DNA from: Clostridiales bacterium
GTDB lineage: Bacteria > Bacillota > Clostridia > Christensenellales > Aristaeellaceae
Direction: 5' to 3'
Assembly (NCBI GenBank): GCA_012517815.1
Contig: JAAYUF010000050.1
Location: 5,941-69,940, forward strand
Length of the DNA: 64,000 nt
Both the position numbers and the translations under genes were made by a program. The notes beneath the pieces were generated by a model. It did no database searches and was not told the DNA's origin. It was given only the letters and a program-made list of their open reading frames with translations. Positions 46,132-55,427 of this stretch are shown piece by piece (within the stretch, counting starts at the first letter, position 1; each line of letters opens with the position of its first letter).

Positions 46132-47474
46132 AGGCGCCGCCTCCTCAGTTTTACAAATACGCCCGCCGCCAGCGTCAGCAGCGGCAGCACGCCGGCCAGC
46201 AGAATGCCCAGCGTTCGCGCCTGCGCCCCGTTAATGGGCAGCGGGTCGCTTTGCAGCCCCTTGGGCGGGATGCTGACGCTCGCGGTCTCGCTCCAGAGCG
46301 CGGTGAGCACCTGCGCCAGAAACGCCCGGTTCGCGTAGGTGGACATCCCCATCAGATCGTCGGCGTAGATCATGCGCGAAGCCGCCAGAAACACGCTGCT
46401 GTCCGCGATGGCGGCCACGACGTATTGCCCCGTCGCGTCCCCGGCTTCCTTCTGGGAGGAGGTGTAGCGCAGGTTGGTTTTCGCGTAGGCGTCCGGGGTG
46501 GTCATAAGGAGCGCCTCCGCCCTGCCCGCGGCGGCCAGCGCGATGCTCCCGGACGAGGGCAGGACCACGTAAATGGGATGATCCGCGAAGTACGCGGTGA
46601 TCGCGTGCGTGGCGTACATGGGAATGATGTTGTGAGGCGAACCGGCCGCAAAGGCCTTGGGCTCAAAGAGCACCTGATCCTGCACGGTCATGCCCAGTTC
46701 CGCCAGATAGCCTCGCAGCACGGGCATCGCCTCGTCGGTCGGTTCCAGAAAGACCATCAGTTTTCCGCCGCCATCCACATAGGTCCGGAGGATGTCGATT
46801 TCCGCCTGCGTCCAGTCATAGGCGGGAGCCGCCAGCACCATCACCTCGGGCTGCCCGAGCTCCTGCACGCCGACGGCGGAGGTTTCCACCGTGAAGTTGT
46901 TGTCGGTAAACAGTTTTTCAAGCGCGGTGGTGGAGCGCTCCCCATGGCCGCTGGTAAATACCGCGCGCGGCGTGTACGCGCTGTTGACGTAGAGCAGCGC
47001 GGCCGTGAGCTGCTGTTCCAGATCGATGCCCGAAGGCTCGTCCCCGTCGTACAGGATCAGGTCCGCGTACGCGATCGCTTTGATGCGCTTGGCGCCTTCC
47101 ACCAGCAGATCGCCGGCCTCAAGGGTCGCGCCCATCTGCTGGTAATGGGTCATCAGCACGGGGTTTTCCGTGGGGTCGGCATAGCGCACCGTAAGCCTGG
47201 CGGACAGGAGCGCATAGCGGCGCAGCATTTCCCGCAGCATCGCGGGATAATCCGCCTCGGCGCTGAACACGTACACCGCCGTATCCTCCGGGAGGGCTTC
47301 CACCGCGGCGACGGTGTCCGCGGAGAGCACGTAGAGCTGTTCCTCCGTAAGGTCCAGGGACGTCTGAAAGCGCCGCGCCGCCAGTTGCGCGCAGGCGTTG
47401 ACCAGCACGAAAACGACGAGCGCCAGCAGAACGATCAGGGTCAGCCAGCTTTTTTGCGACCATTTCTTTCTCAT
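46128..47474 (-). CDS. GldG-like ABC-transporter auxiliary component (ABC_transp_aux family)
   Basis: 448 aa with N- and C-terminal TM anchors. DLTEEQLYVLSADT...VYVFSAE...VRYADP pattern. Follows the ABC-2 permease and ATPase. Confidence 0.6.
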   Translation of the reverse strand: MRKKWSQKSWLTLIVLLALVVFVLVNACAQLAARRFQTSLDLTEEQLYVLSADTVAAVEALPEDTAVYVFSAEADYPAMLREMLRRYALLSARLTVRYADPTENPVLMTHYQQMGATLEAGDLLVEGAKRIKAIAYADLILYDGDEPSGIDLEQQLTAALLYVNSAYTPRAVFTSGHGERSTTALEKLFTDNNFTVETSAVGVQELGQPEVMVLAAPAYDWTQAEIDILRTYVDGGGKLMVFLEPTDEAMPVLRGYLAELGMTVQDQVLFEPKAFAAGSPHNIIPMYATHAITAYFADHPIYVVLPSSGSIALAAAGRAEALLMTTPDAYAKTNLRYTSSQKEAGDATGQYVVAAIADSSVFLAASRMIYADDLMGMSTYANRAFLAQVLTALWSETASVSIPPKGLQSDPLPINGAQARTLGILLAGVLPLLTLAAGVFVKLRRRRL

Positions 47475-47485
47475 GCCGCCACCCC

Positions 47486-48190
47486 CTACGCAAGCCTGCG
47501 GCGTTCCAGCACGGTTACGCCCAGGAAGAGGAACAGCGCGGTCACGCTGATGAAATAAACGGCCTGCGTCCAGTCAAAAACGCCGTAGGAAAAGCCCTCG
47601 CAGTGCGTCGCGATCGCCAGGAAGCTCAGCGCCTTCTGCGCCGCGGGCTCACTTAGCATCGTCGCGCCCGCGCCGGCCAGAAGCAGCAGCGCAAAAACGG
47701 AATAGGTCATCATGGCGGCGACGAACTGGCTGTCCGTTAGCATGGAGAGGAACTGCCCGATGGCGATGCAGGCGGCCGCAAGCAGCGTAAGGCCCAAATA
47801 GTTGCCAAGCGTCGCCATCGGCGCGCTCGCGCCGTAGGCCGCCAACAGCGCCGGATAGGCCAGCGTGACCAGCATCGGCAGCAGAAACACGCTCAGCGTG
47901 GCCAGAAATTTGCTGATCACAACGGAGGTCAGCGATACCGGCGCGGTCAGCAGCAGCTCATCCGTTTTCTGCTTGCGCTCCTCGGAAAAGCTGCCCATGG
48001 TCAGGATGGGGCAGATCAGCACCGACACCGTGGTGAAAACCGAAAAATAGCTCTTGATGTCGCCGCTTTGGGACAGGAGGTTGCTCAGCGTGAACACCGC
48101 GCCGGAAAGGGCCAGGTACATCGCGGCGAACACGTAGCCCGTCATGGTCCGGAACAGATGGGTCCATTCCTTGCGAAACAATCCCTTCAT
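47486..48190 (-). CDS. ABC-2 type transporter permease (GldF-like)
   Basis: Start at ATG 48190 (MKGLFRKEWTHLFRTMTGYVF...), an ATGA overlap with the ATPase stop. 234 aa, 6 TM. The 567-aa track ORF is an artefactual extension through the ATPase gene. Confidence 0.8.
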   Translation of the reverse strand: MKGLFRKEWTHLFRTMTGYVFAAMYLALSGAVFTLSNLLSQSGDIKSYFSVFTTVSVLICPILTMGSFSEERKQKTDELLLTAPVSLTSVVISKFLATLSVFLLPMLVTLAYPALLAAYGASAPMATLGNYLGLTLLAAACIAIGQFLSMLTDSQFVAAMMTYSVFALLLLAGAGATMLSEPAAQKALSFLAIATHCEGFSYGVFDWTQAVYFISVTALFLFLGVTVLERRRLA

Positions 48191-49176
48191 GCCTCCGCGC
48201 CCTCCCTTTGCAACCCTTCGGGCGTAAGCACCGGCCGGCCCCGGGTGATATCGATGAACACATCCTCCAGCGTCGGCGCCTGATCCTGAAGCGAGGTCAG
48301 GGTGAGCGCGTCGCTGTGGCGCGCCAGCGCCTGGAACACGGCTTCCGCCATCTCCGTGCCTTTGGGTGTGCACAGGGTGTAAACGGTCCGGTCCACCGCC
48401 GGCTGTTCCTCCATGCGCAGGGTCCCTTTGCCTTGGATACAGGCGCTCAGCACAGCCGTGGCCAGCGCGCGGTCGCCCCGCACGGCGACCGTAAGGATCG
48501 CCTGATCGCGGTACCGGTCGGTAATCTCCCGCGCGCTGCCGTCCGCCAGCAGTTCGCCGCGGTTCATGATCAGCAGATGGGTGCACACGCTGGCGATTTC
48601 GCTGAGCATGTGGGAGGAGATGAGCACCGTCATCCGCGTCGCCAAATCGCGGATCAGGCGGCGAATCTCGATCACCTGCCGGGGGTCCAGGCCGACGGTC
48701 GGCTCGTCCAGGATCAGCAGTTTCGGCTCCCCCACCAGCGCCGCCGCAAACCCGACGCGCTGCCGGTAGCCCTTGGACAGGTGGCCGATCACCCGGCCCG
48801 CGACGTCCGAAATCTGCAATAGCTCGCAAACGCGCTCGCGTTCGCACCGAATCCGTTTCGCCGGGATGTTGCGCAGCTCGCACACAAAACGGAGTTGCTC
48901 CGTCACGGTCAGTTCGGGATACAGGGGCGGGATCTCCGGCAGGTAGCCGATTTGCCGTTTGACCTCGCGCGGACGATCCTCCATGCAAAGGCCGTTCAGT
49001 TCGATGCGGCCCGCGCTGGGGGCCAGGTATCCGGCCAGCATGCGCATGGTGGTGGATTTGCCCGCCCCGTTGGGGCCCAGCAAACCCACCGCCTCGCAGC
49101 CTTCGGCGCGAAAGCTCAGTTCGCGCACGGAGCGCAGTGTTCCGTATGTTTTGGACAGACCCGTCACTTCCAGCAT
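48187..49176 (-). CDS. ABC transporter ATP-binding protein (ABC-2 exporter type, GldA-like)
   Basis: 329 aa. Walker A GPNGAGKSTTMR, signature LSKGYRQRVGFA, Walker B LLILDEP. Confidence 0.88.
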   Translation of the reverse strand: MLEVTGLSKTYGTLRSVRELSFRAEGCEAVGLLGPNGAGKSTTMRMLAGYLAPSAGRIELNGLCMEDRPREVKRQIGYLPEIPPLYPELTVTEQLRFVCELRNIPAKRIRCERERVCELLQISDVAGRVIGHLSKGYRQRVGFAAALVGEPKLLILDEPTVGLDPRQVIEIRRLIRDLATRMTVLISSHMLSEIASVCTHLLIMNRGELLADGSAREITDRYRDQAILTVAVRGDRALATAVLSACIQGKGTLRMEEQPAVDRTVYTLCTPKGTEMAEAVFQALARHSDALTLTSLQDQAPTLEDVFIDITRGRPVLTPEGLQREGAEA

Positions 49177-49225
49177 CGCGCGCGTCCACTCCCCGGGATG
49201 ATATTGCTCATGACTCTGCTATACT

Positions 49226-49254
49226 GGTATACCACATCTTTGGCTTCAGCGCAA
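49226..49254 (-). promoter_or_regulatory. candidate promoter of the ABC-2 operon
   Basis: Minus strand reads TTGCGC (49254..49249), a 17-nt spacer, then TATACC (49231..49226) preceded by TGG. Confidence 0.4.
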
Positions 49255-49440
49255 CCCAATTTTGCGGTTCACGGAACCTTCCCGTTCAGGGCGGTTATAC
49301 GCGCCGTTTCCCCCTCCGTTTGCGAAGAGCGGGAGCGGGCCGGGTGTGACATTGGCGCAATGCCCGTTTGGGCGGGCGCGCAAGACGCGAATTCGTTACG
49401 GGTACGCCGGACGGCGCACGGTCGGCTGATCGGCTGTCCC

Positions 49441-49468
49441 AAAAGAAAAAGCGGGTTTGTTTCCCGCT
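49441..49468 (-). terminator. rho-independent terminator about 345 nt downstream of the GGDEF gene
   Basis: Minus strand reads AGCGGG-AAACAAA-CCCGCT followed by TTTTTCTTTT. Confidence 0.6.
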
Positions 49469-49813
49469 CTAGCAGCGCCGCGCCCGTTTTCGACGGGTTA
49501 CCGACGGTTGTCAAGAGGGGGATTCCGCCGCTTTGTCGGCCCATGCCAACCTGAAATGCGAACTCGTTTCGCGCACCGGCAACAGTTCGCCCGGTTTCAA
49601 AGGGTCACCGCCAATCGGCAAGAAAGCCCTTCCTGAATGCGAAAGGCACAGTCATCGGCAGTGCCGAAGGCGTGCCGTTGACCCCGCCGCGCCCTGGCGG
49701 TCCCCAGGCAGTCGGCCCCCGTCCGCGGAGTATCCCCTCGGCTGATCCGCGGCGGATCCTTCAGCCGTGATCAGGCTGCCGGATCGTCGCTTCGCCGGTT
49801 ACGGTGCGCCCCG

Positions 49814-51025
49814 TCAATCCTCCTGTTCGGGCTCGCCTGTCCGGCCGTGCGCCGAAAGGGATATCCCCGCCGTTACCGTCGCGCGTACCAGCTTGCCCGT
49901 TTTCACGCGGTACATGTCCTGATCCGCGGCGATGAGCAGCGCGTCGGCGTGGTTCATCCGCGCGGGGTCAAACCTCGCCCACCCGATGCTCAGCGACAGC
50001 CGGAACGGTTCCGTCGTATGCGCGTTGAACGCCGCCACCGCGCCGTCCAGCCGGTTGATCATCTGATCCGGCGAAAAATCCTCGCGGTCCATCCCCAGAA
50101 TGACAAACTCATCCCCGCCCAGCCGCGCCAGAAAACAGTTCTGATCCGCACACAGGTCCTTGAGGATGTCCGCGATCACTACCAACGCGCGGTCGCCCGC
50201 GGCATGGCCGTACGTATCGTTGATGGTCTTGAATCCGTCCGCGTCCAGCACCATCAGAAACATGGTTTCATCGGCCTCGGCGGACCTGATTTTCGTATCC
50301 AGAAAACGGTTCAGCTTGCGGCGGTTGTTCAGCCCCGTCAGGGGATCGGTGGAAATCTGGCGGCTGAGGACATTCACATAGACCATGATGATCGACAGCA
50401 CCACGCTGGTCCAGATCACCGACAGGCCGTAATACATCCATTGCAGAAGGCCCGCCAACAGCGGCGGGATGATGAACAGCGCCATATAGCGGTACTCCGT
50501 CCGTTCCGGCGAGGAATCGCGCTGCATCGCCCTGCGGATGACCATCAGCAACGAAACCAGCGCGTACAGGTACATGCACAGCGAATAGACAAAAAAGTAC
50601 CGGTCGCGGTGATACACGTGCGCCTCGTCGATGTGGAACACCAGCGGCGTAAACAGGTTGACCACCAAAAGCAGGGTGTTGAGCGCGATGGGCACGATGT
50701 ACAGGGGCACGCGCCGCGCAAGCCCCCGCTCATCCATATGGGTTCTCACATCGCAGTACATGGCCCACAGGCATGTGATCGCAGGGGCGATCGCATGCCC
50801 CAACGAATAGCACAGCACCTGCAACAGATACGATCCTGGGAACTGCGCGCGTTCCAGCAGCCACTGGCCGCCGTCCATCACTTCCTCCACGATCACGGCG
50901 ATCAGGATCCCGTTGAACAGCTTATCGTCCAGCGAGGTTACCCCCGCCTGGCGCTGATTGCGCCAAAAGAAATACAGGATGATTATCCCGAAGATATTCA
51001 TCTGGACGTATGCTATCACACACAT
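49814..51025 (-). CDS. membrane-bound diguanylate cyclase (GGDEF domain)
   Basis: Start placed at ATG 51025 behind AGAGG. About 6 N-terminal TM segments, then DPLTGLNNRR and the active site RLGGDEFVIL. Confidence 0.85.
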   Translation of the reverse strand: MCVIAYVQMNIFGIIILYFFWRNQRQAGVTSLDDKLFNGILIAVIVEEVMDGGQWLLERAQFPGSYLLQVLCYSLGHAIAPAITCLWAMYCDVRTHMDERGLARRVPLYIVPIALNTLLLVVNLFTPLVFHIDEAHVYHRDRYFFVYSLCMYLYALVSLLMVIRRAMQRDSSPERTEYRYMALFIIPPLLAGLLQWMYYGLSVIWTSVVLSIIMVYVNVLSRQISTDPLTGLNNRRKLNRFLDTKIRSAEADETMFLMVLDADGFKTINDTYGHAAGDRALVVIADILKDLCADQNCFLARLGGDEFVILGMDREDFSPDQMINRLDGAVAAFNAHTTEPFRLSLSIGWARFDPARMNHADALLIAADQDMYRVKTGKLVRATVTAGISLSAHGRTGEPEQED

Positions 51026-51601
51026 GGGGCATACCTCTGTTCCGTCGGTCCTGACAAACGCGCTGGGACCCTGAGAACTGCCGCGGGGTTTCACAAGCTG
51101 CCGCAACAGGCGCTTTCCGCAACACCGGTTTCCTGAAAGACGTTGCGAGCAAGGGACGATCCATCCTGCTTGTCCTATCATAACAGATATCTTGGCCGGT
51201 TACAAGAGTCCGCTCCGCGGAGGACGCGCGTGCATCCGTTGGGCAGGCGGCCCGTGCTCAACCGGTTCCCAGCGGCGCTTCGCGCGACGGCCTCCCCCCA
51301 TGTGGCGCGAGGTGAAAGCGAACAGCCTCGCCGCTGCCCGGGAGGTAACCGCCCCCGTTTCCACGCGCGTCCTGCTCCTGCATCGGCTCATGAACGCATC
51401 AGAGCCCACGCGCGGTTTTCTTCTGCGGCGGGGAGCGGAAACGCAGGCCTAACGGGGCTGCGTCGGGCTTTCGCGGCAAAGTCACGGGAGTAAAACGCCG
51501 TGAGCGGGAGGCGTTCATGATTGGTAAAACAGGATTACGTCTGGTTTCGGCCGAAGCCTCCCCTGCGCGGGCGTTTCATCCGTTCCGGTTCGCATGCAAT
51601 A

Positions 51602-51630
51602 ACGGCCGGCCCTCTCGCAAGGCCGGCCGT
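51602..51630. terminator. GC-rich hairpin downstream of the cysteine desulfurase gene
   Basis: 10-bp stem acggccggcc / ggccggccgt with a 9-nt loop. Weak T-rich tails on both strands. Confidence 0.4.
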
Positions 51631-51885
51631 TTCTCCTGCGTATTTTTGTGGATTTCGGCGGTTCCCCCGCGGGCGCATCTGGCGCGCTCCCGCCTTCCCG
51701 CGGGCGGCCGTCGGTCCGCGAGGGCCGCCCGCCCCGGTTCAAGCGCCTTGCGAGGGTGGGGATGCTCCCCCTGCGGCATCCGGTCACGGCAAGAGCGTAC
51801 GGCCATGTGACACCGTTGTTTTTCGCTGCTTAGCCGGCAATCTGCGTCTCGCCGTAACCCGCCGCCCCGTAGCCGGTCGTATGCC

Positions 51886-53022
51886 TTAACCCGCCAGTTC
51901 CCGCACGGCCTCGACCGCGGCATCGATCTCCCGCAGGGTATTCCGCCAGGAAAAGCTGAACCGCACCGCGCCCTGCCCAACGGTTTGCAAAACCTCGTGC
52001 ATGCGCGGCGCACAGTGGGCGCCGGGCCGCGTGGCGATTCCGTAGCTCTCGCTGAGCATATCCGAAACGGCGGCCGAGTCCTCATTCCTGATGTTGATCG
52101 CGACAATCGGCGCGCGGGGTTGACGCGAAAAGTCACCATAAGCGCGCACCCCGCCGATCCCGGCGACCCCCTCCTGAAAACGTCGCGTCAGCGCGGACTC
52201 TGCTTCCATGATGGCGGGCAGGCCGACCTCCGCGATGAGGTCCAGCGCCGCCGAGAGGCCGGCGATGCCGTGCACGTTGAGCGTGCCGGCTTCCAGCCGG
52301 GCAGGGTACTGGGTCGGATGCGCGCGGTCGTAAGAGTGGATGCCTGAACCGCCCACCTTCCAGGGCAGAACCTCCACGCCTTCCCGCACGCAGAGACCCC
52401 CGGTGCCCTGCGGGCCAAGCAGCCCCTTGTGCCCGGTAAAGCACAGAATCCCGATATTCATCGCCGCCATGTCGATGGGCAGCGCGCCCGCCGTCTGCGA
52501 AGCGTCCACAATCAACAGCAGGCGTCGATCGCTCGCAAGCCGGCCGACCGCCGCGATGTCGATCAGGTTGCCCGTCAGGTTGGAGGCGTGCGTGCAGACG
52601 ATCGCCTTCGTGTCCGGCCGGATCAGCCGCTCAAAATCCGTGACCGACACGTTGCCCAGCCTGTCGGCGGCAACGAAATCCACTTTCGTGCGGCCTTCCG
52701 CCTCCAGCCGGTACAACGGCCGCAGCACGGAGTTATGCTCCAGATCGGTCGAAATCACGCGGCCGCCGGCCGGGATCGCCCCTTGGATGGCGATGTTCAG
52801 GGCCTCGGTCGCGTTGGTCGTAAACACCACGCGTTCCGCGCCGCTTGCGTGAAACAGCCCGGCCAGCTTCACGCGGGTATCGTATACCACGCGCGCGGCC
52901 TGCATGGCGCTGCTGTGCGCGCCGCGCGACGCGTTGCCCAGGCTCGCCATCGCTTCCGCGACCGCGGCGATCACCTGAGGCGGCTTGGGCATGGTCGTAG
53001 CGGCCTGATCCAGATAGATCAT
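51886..53022 (-). CDS. class V aminotransferase-fold cysteine desulfurase / selenocysteine lyase family protein
   Basis: Start at ATG 53022 (MIYLDQAATTMPKP...). PLP region CFTGHKGLLGPQGTGGL. Last gene of the selD cluster. Confidence 0.8.
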   Translation of the reverse strand: MIYLDQAATTMPKPPQVIAAVAEAMASLGNASRGAHSSAMQAARVVYDTRVKLAGLFHASGAERVVFTTNATEALNIAIQGAIPAGGRVISTDLEHNSVLRPLYRLEAEGRTKVDFVAADRLGNVSVTDFERLIRPDTKAIVCTHASNLTGNLIDIAAVGRLASDRRLLLIVDASQTAGALPIDMAAMNIGILCFTGHKGLLGPQGTGGLCVREGVEVLPWKVGGSGIHSYDRAHPTQYPARLEAGTLNVHGIAGLSAALDLIAEVGLPAIMEAESALTRRFQEGVAGIGGVRAYGDFSRQPRAPIVAINIRNEDSAAVSDMLSESYGIATRPGAHCAPRMHEVLQTVGQGAVRFSFSWRNTLREIDAAVEAVRELAG

Positions 53023-53217
53023 CGGTATCTTCTCTCCTGTCAAGTCGGCTCGGCGGGGCGGGGGTGCCGCAGAAAAGCGGCGCTTCGCGGGCTTTCGGCA
53101 AGGCGGCGCAAACGGCCCAGGCGGTTTGCCGCGCAGCCAGGCTGCCCGGCGATCCGTAACGACCCGCGCCGGCTCCGTGCGCCGGGAGCCGCCCGCGCCG
53201 TCATGACAGGGCGCCCG

Positions 53218-53454
53218 CTAGCAGCAGAGGATCACTGCTTCCTGCCAGCGCAGCCCGCCGGCTTCCCAGGCCAGGAGCAGGCGTTCCTTCTCCTCGGGCG
53301 GAGCTTTCCACGCAAGGCCGCAGCCTGCCGTGATCTCCCGCGGGACCGGGATCAGCCGCCCCGGCAGCCCCTGCGCCAGGCTGAACCGTTCCGCGGCCAT
53401 CGCGGCGGTGGTGGTGGCGAAGGTGATCACCAGCGCAGGCCGTTTTTCACGCAT
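53218..53454 (-). CDS. DUF3343-like small protein (putative Se/S carrier)
   Basis: 78 aa: MREKRPALVITFATTTAAMAAERFSLAQGLPGRLIPVPREITAGCGLAWK.... Only the last third of the 232-aa track ORF is used; the remainder overlaps yedF out of frame. Confidence 0.6.
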   Translation of the reverse strand: MREKRPALVITFATTTAAMAAERFSLAQGLPGRLIPVPREITAGCGLAWKAPPEEKERLLLAWEAGGLRWQEAVILCC

Positions 53455-53468
53455 CGCGCGTCCCACCC

Positions 53469-54083
53469 TTACGGTTTGATGATCTGATCGGCCTGCGACA
53501 GTTTCTCCACAATCGTGTACATGTTGCTCACGTCGCCGATCCTGAGCCGATCCGTGAGGCCGTAGAAGTTCAGGCACGTGCCGCAGGTAAGGATCTCCAC
53601 GCCCTGTGCCTCCATCGATTTCAGATCCTCCAGCGACGCGGAGCCTTCGCAGGTCAGCGGCGCTCCGCCGTTGTAGAAAAGGATCGTGGCGGGCAGCGGT
53701 TCCGTCTGGCTCAGGGCGTAGAGAAAGCCTTTCATCAGGGCCTTGCCCAGTTCGGCGTCTCCCGTGCCCATCGTGCCGGAGGCAACCGCCACCACCGTCC
53801 GTTTCCCCTGGGCCGGTGCCGGGGCGCAGCATTCGGGCTCCTCGGGAGCCGGCGCCTGTGCGCCTTCCCCAACGGTGAGGGTTACCGCAAACCGTTGGGG
53901 AGCCAGCTTTTCCCAACGCACGCCGTACCCTTTCTGGTTGGCCATCTTAGTCAGGTTCTGCACCGCGATTTCATTGTCCACCGTCGTTTGCACCACGCCC
54001 GCGCCCCGCAACTCACGGATCGCGTTTTTGGTTTTCACCACGGGAATCGGGCACGCGTCGCCGACCGCGTTTACCTGTATCAT
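53469..54083 (-). CDS. yedF: YedF-type selenium metabolism protein (TusA-like N-domain plus DsrE-like C-domain)
   Basis: 204 aa. N-terminal GDACPIPVVKTK (CPxP TusA/SirA motif). C-terminal DsrE-like LFYNGGAPLTCEGS...ILTCGTCLNFYG. Confidence 0.8.
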   Translation of the reverse strand: MIQVNAVGDACPIPVVKTKNAIRELRGAGVVQTTVDNEIAVQNLTKMANQKGYGVRWEKLAPQRFAVTLTVGEGAQAPAPEEPECCAPAPAQGKRTVVAVASGTMGTGDAELGKALMKGFLYALSQTEPLPATILFYNGGAPLTCEGSASLEDLKSMEAQGVEILTCGTCLNFYGLTDRLRIGDVSNMYTIVEKLSQADQIIKP

Positions 54084-54097
54084 CGTTCACACCCCCA

Positions 54098-55135
54098 TCA
54101 TTCCTGGCCTTGGGTCACGGTGATTTCCGTCTCGCCGGGCTGTGTGATTTCCCCTACGATCGCCGCCGGCAGCCCGATGTCCCGGAGCGCCGCGAGCAGC
54201 CGGGGCGCTTCCGCTTCGGGCACGGCCGCGAGCAGCCCGCCGGAGGTCTGCGGGTCAAAAAGCACTTCCTGCATGGCGAAGGACACGCCCTCAAACCGGA
54301 CAAACGGACCCGCGTGGTTGCGGTTGCGCTGCCCGGCCGCCGTCAGCAGAAACTCGTCCGCATACGCCAACGCTTCGGGGAACACCGGCACGCGGTTCGC
54401 GTCGACGCGGCAGGAGAGGCGGCCGTCCATCATCTCGTGCAGATGCCCCAGAAAACCGAAGCCCGTCACATCGGTGCAGGCATGGATCGGAAAGCTTCGG
54501 AAGCATTCCGCGGCGTAGCGGTTGAGCAGCGTCATCGAAGCGGTCGCGTCCCGCATGGCGCTTGGGGAAGCCTCCTGTACGCGGTTGGCCGTGCAGATAA
54601 TCCCCACGCCCAGCCGCTTGGTCAGCACCAGCCGGTCTCCCGGCCGGCCTCCGTTGTTTTGATAAATTTTACCGGGGTGCACCAGCCCGGTCACCGACAG
54701 CCCATATTTCACGTCGGCGTCCGCGATCGAGTGGCCGCCCGCCAGCTGCCCGCCCGCTTCCAGCACCTTCTCCGCCCCTCCGCGCAGGATCTCCCCCAGC
54801 ACGTTCAGATCCATCGTTTCCGGAAAACAGACGATGTTGAGCGCGGTTTTCACGACCCCGCCCATGGCGTAGACATCGCTCAAGGCATTGGCTGCGGCGA
54901 TCTGTCCGAACAGGTAGGGGTCTTCTACCATCGGCGGGAAAAAATCCAGCGTCTGCACCATCGCCAGTTCGTCGGACACACGGTACACGGCGGCGTCGTC
55001 CCGGCTGTCGAACCCCACCAGCAGGTTTGGGTCCGCGGGGCCCTTGGGCAGCCTGTCCAGGATATGGTTGAGCACGCCCGCGCCCAGCTTGGCGGTGCAG
55101 CCGCCGCCCTTGCAGAAGATAATCGGTTCCGGCAC
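54098..55135 (-). CDS. selD: selenide, water dikinase (selenophosphate synthetase), Cys-type
   Basis: 345 aa. N-terminal glycine-rich loop [10 protein letters not shown] (Cys, not a UGA codon). AIR-synthase-like fold DAAVY...DFF, GGHSI. GTG start behind AGGAGG. Confidence 0.9.
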   Translation of the reverse strand: MPEPIIFCKGGGCTAKLGAGVLNHILDRLPKGPADPNLLVGFDSRDDAAVYRVSDELAMVQTLDFFPPMVEDPYLFGQIAAANALSDVYAMGGVVKTALNIVCFPETMDLNVLGEILRGGAEKVLEAGGQLAGGHSIADADVKYGLSVTGLVHPGKIYQNNGGRPGDRLVLTKRLGVGIICTANRVQEASPSAMRDATASMTLLNRYAAECFRSFPIHACTDVTGFGFLGHLHEMMDGRLSCRVDANRVPVFPEALAYADEFLLTAAGQRNRNHAGPFVRFEGVSFAMQEVLFDPQTSGGLLAAVPEAEAPRLLAALRDIGLPAAIVGEITQPGETEITVTQGQE

Positions 55136-55342
55136 GGCAGGGTTCCTCCTGACAAATCATTGCTCGCGGATATTCTTCGATGAGGATCACGCTGTTTTCC
55201 TGCCTGCGCGGCAATTTTCCGGCCGCCGTCCTGGCGTTGTTACGGGTTGCGCCCACGCGCAAGCCCCCGGGCCATCAAGCGGTGCGCGTGGCCGGCGCGC
55301 CGTCAGGCGGCGTGTGCTACCGGCGCGTCCGCGGGCGCGAAA

Positions 55343-55370
55343 GCGGGGAAGCCGTTTTCGGCTTCCCCGC
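55343..55370 (-). terminator. terminator after the third ABC transporter operon
   Basis: 11-bp stem gcggggaagcc / ggcttccccgc with loop gttttc. On the minus strand it is followed by TTTCG. About 60 nt past the stop at 55428. Confidence 0.6.
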
Positions 55371-55427
55371 GTGGCCAGCGGCGCGGCAAACCCGCGCAGC
55401 CAGCCCGGTCTGGATGTTGGAACGCGA

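Noticed and set aside
53218-53916. 232-aa ORF overlapping yedF
   Set aside because: Only the last 78 codons (from ATG 53454) look like a real protein (DUF3343-like). The upstream part overlaps the well-supported yedF gene in another frame and is Arg/Gly-rich.
54098-55135. Selenocysteine (in-frame UGA) in SelD
   Set aside because: The active-site loop reads GGGCTAK with an ordinary Cys codon, and the ORF is uninterrupted.
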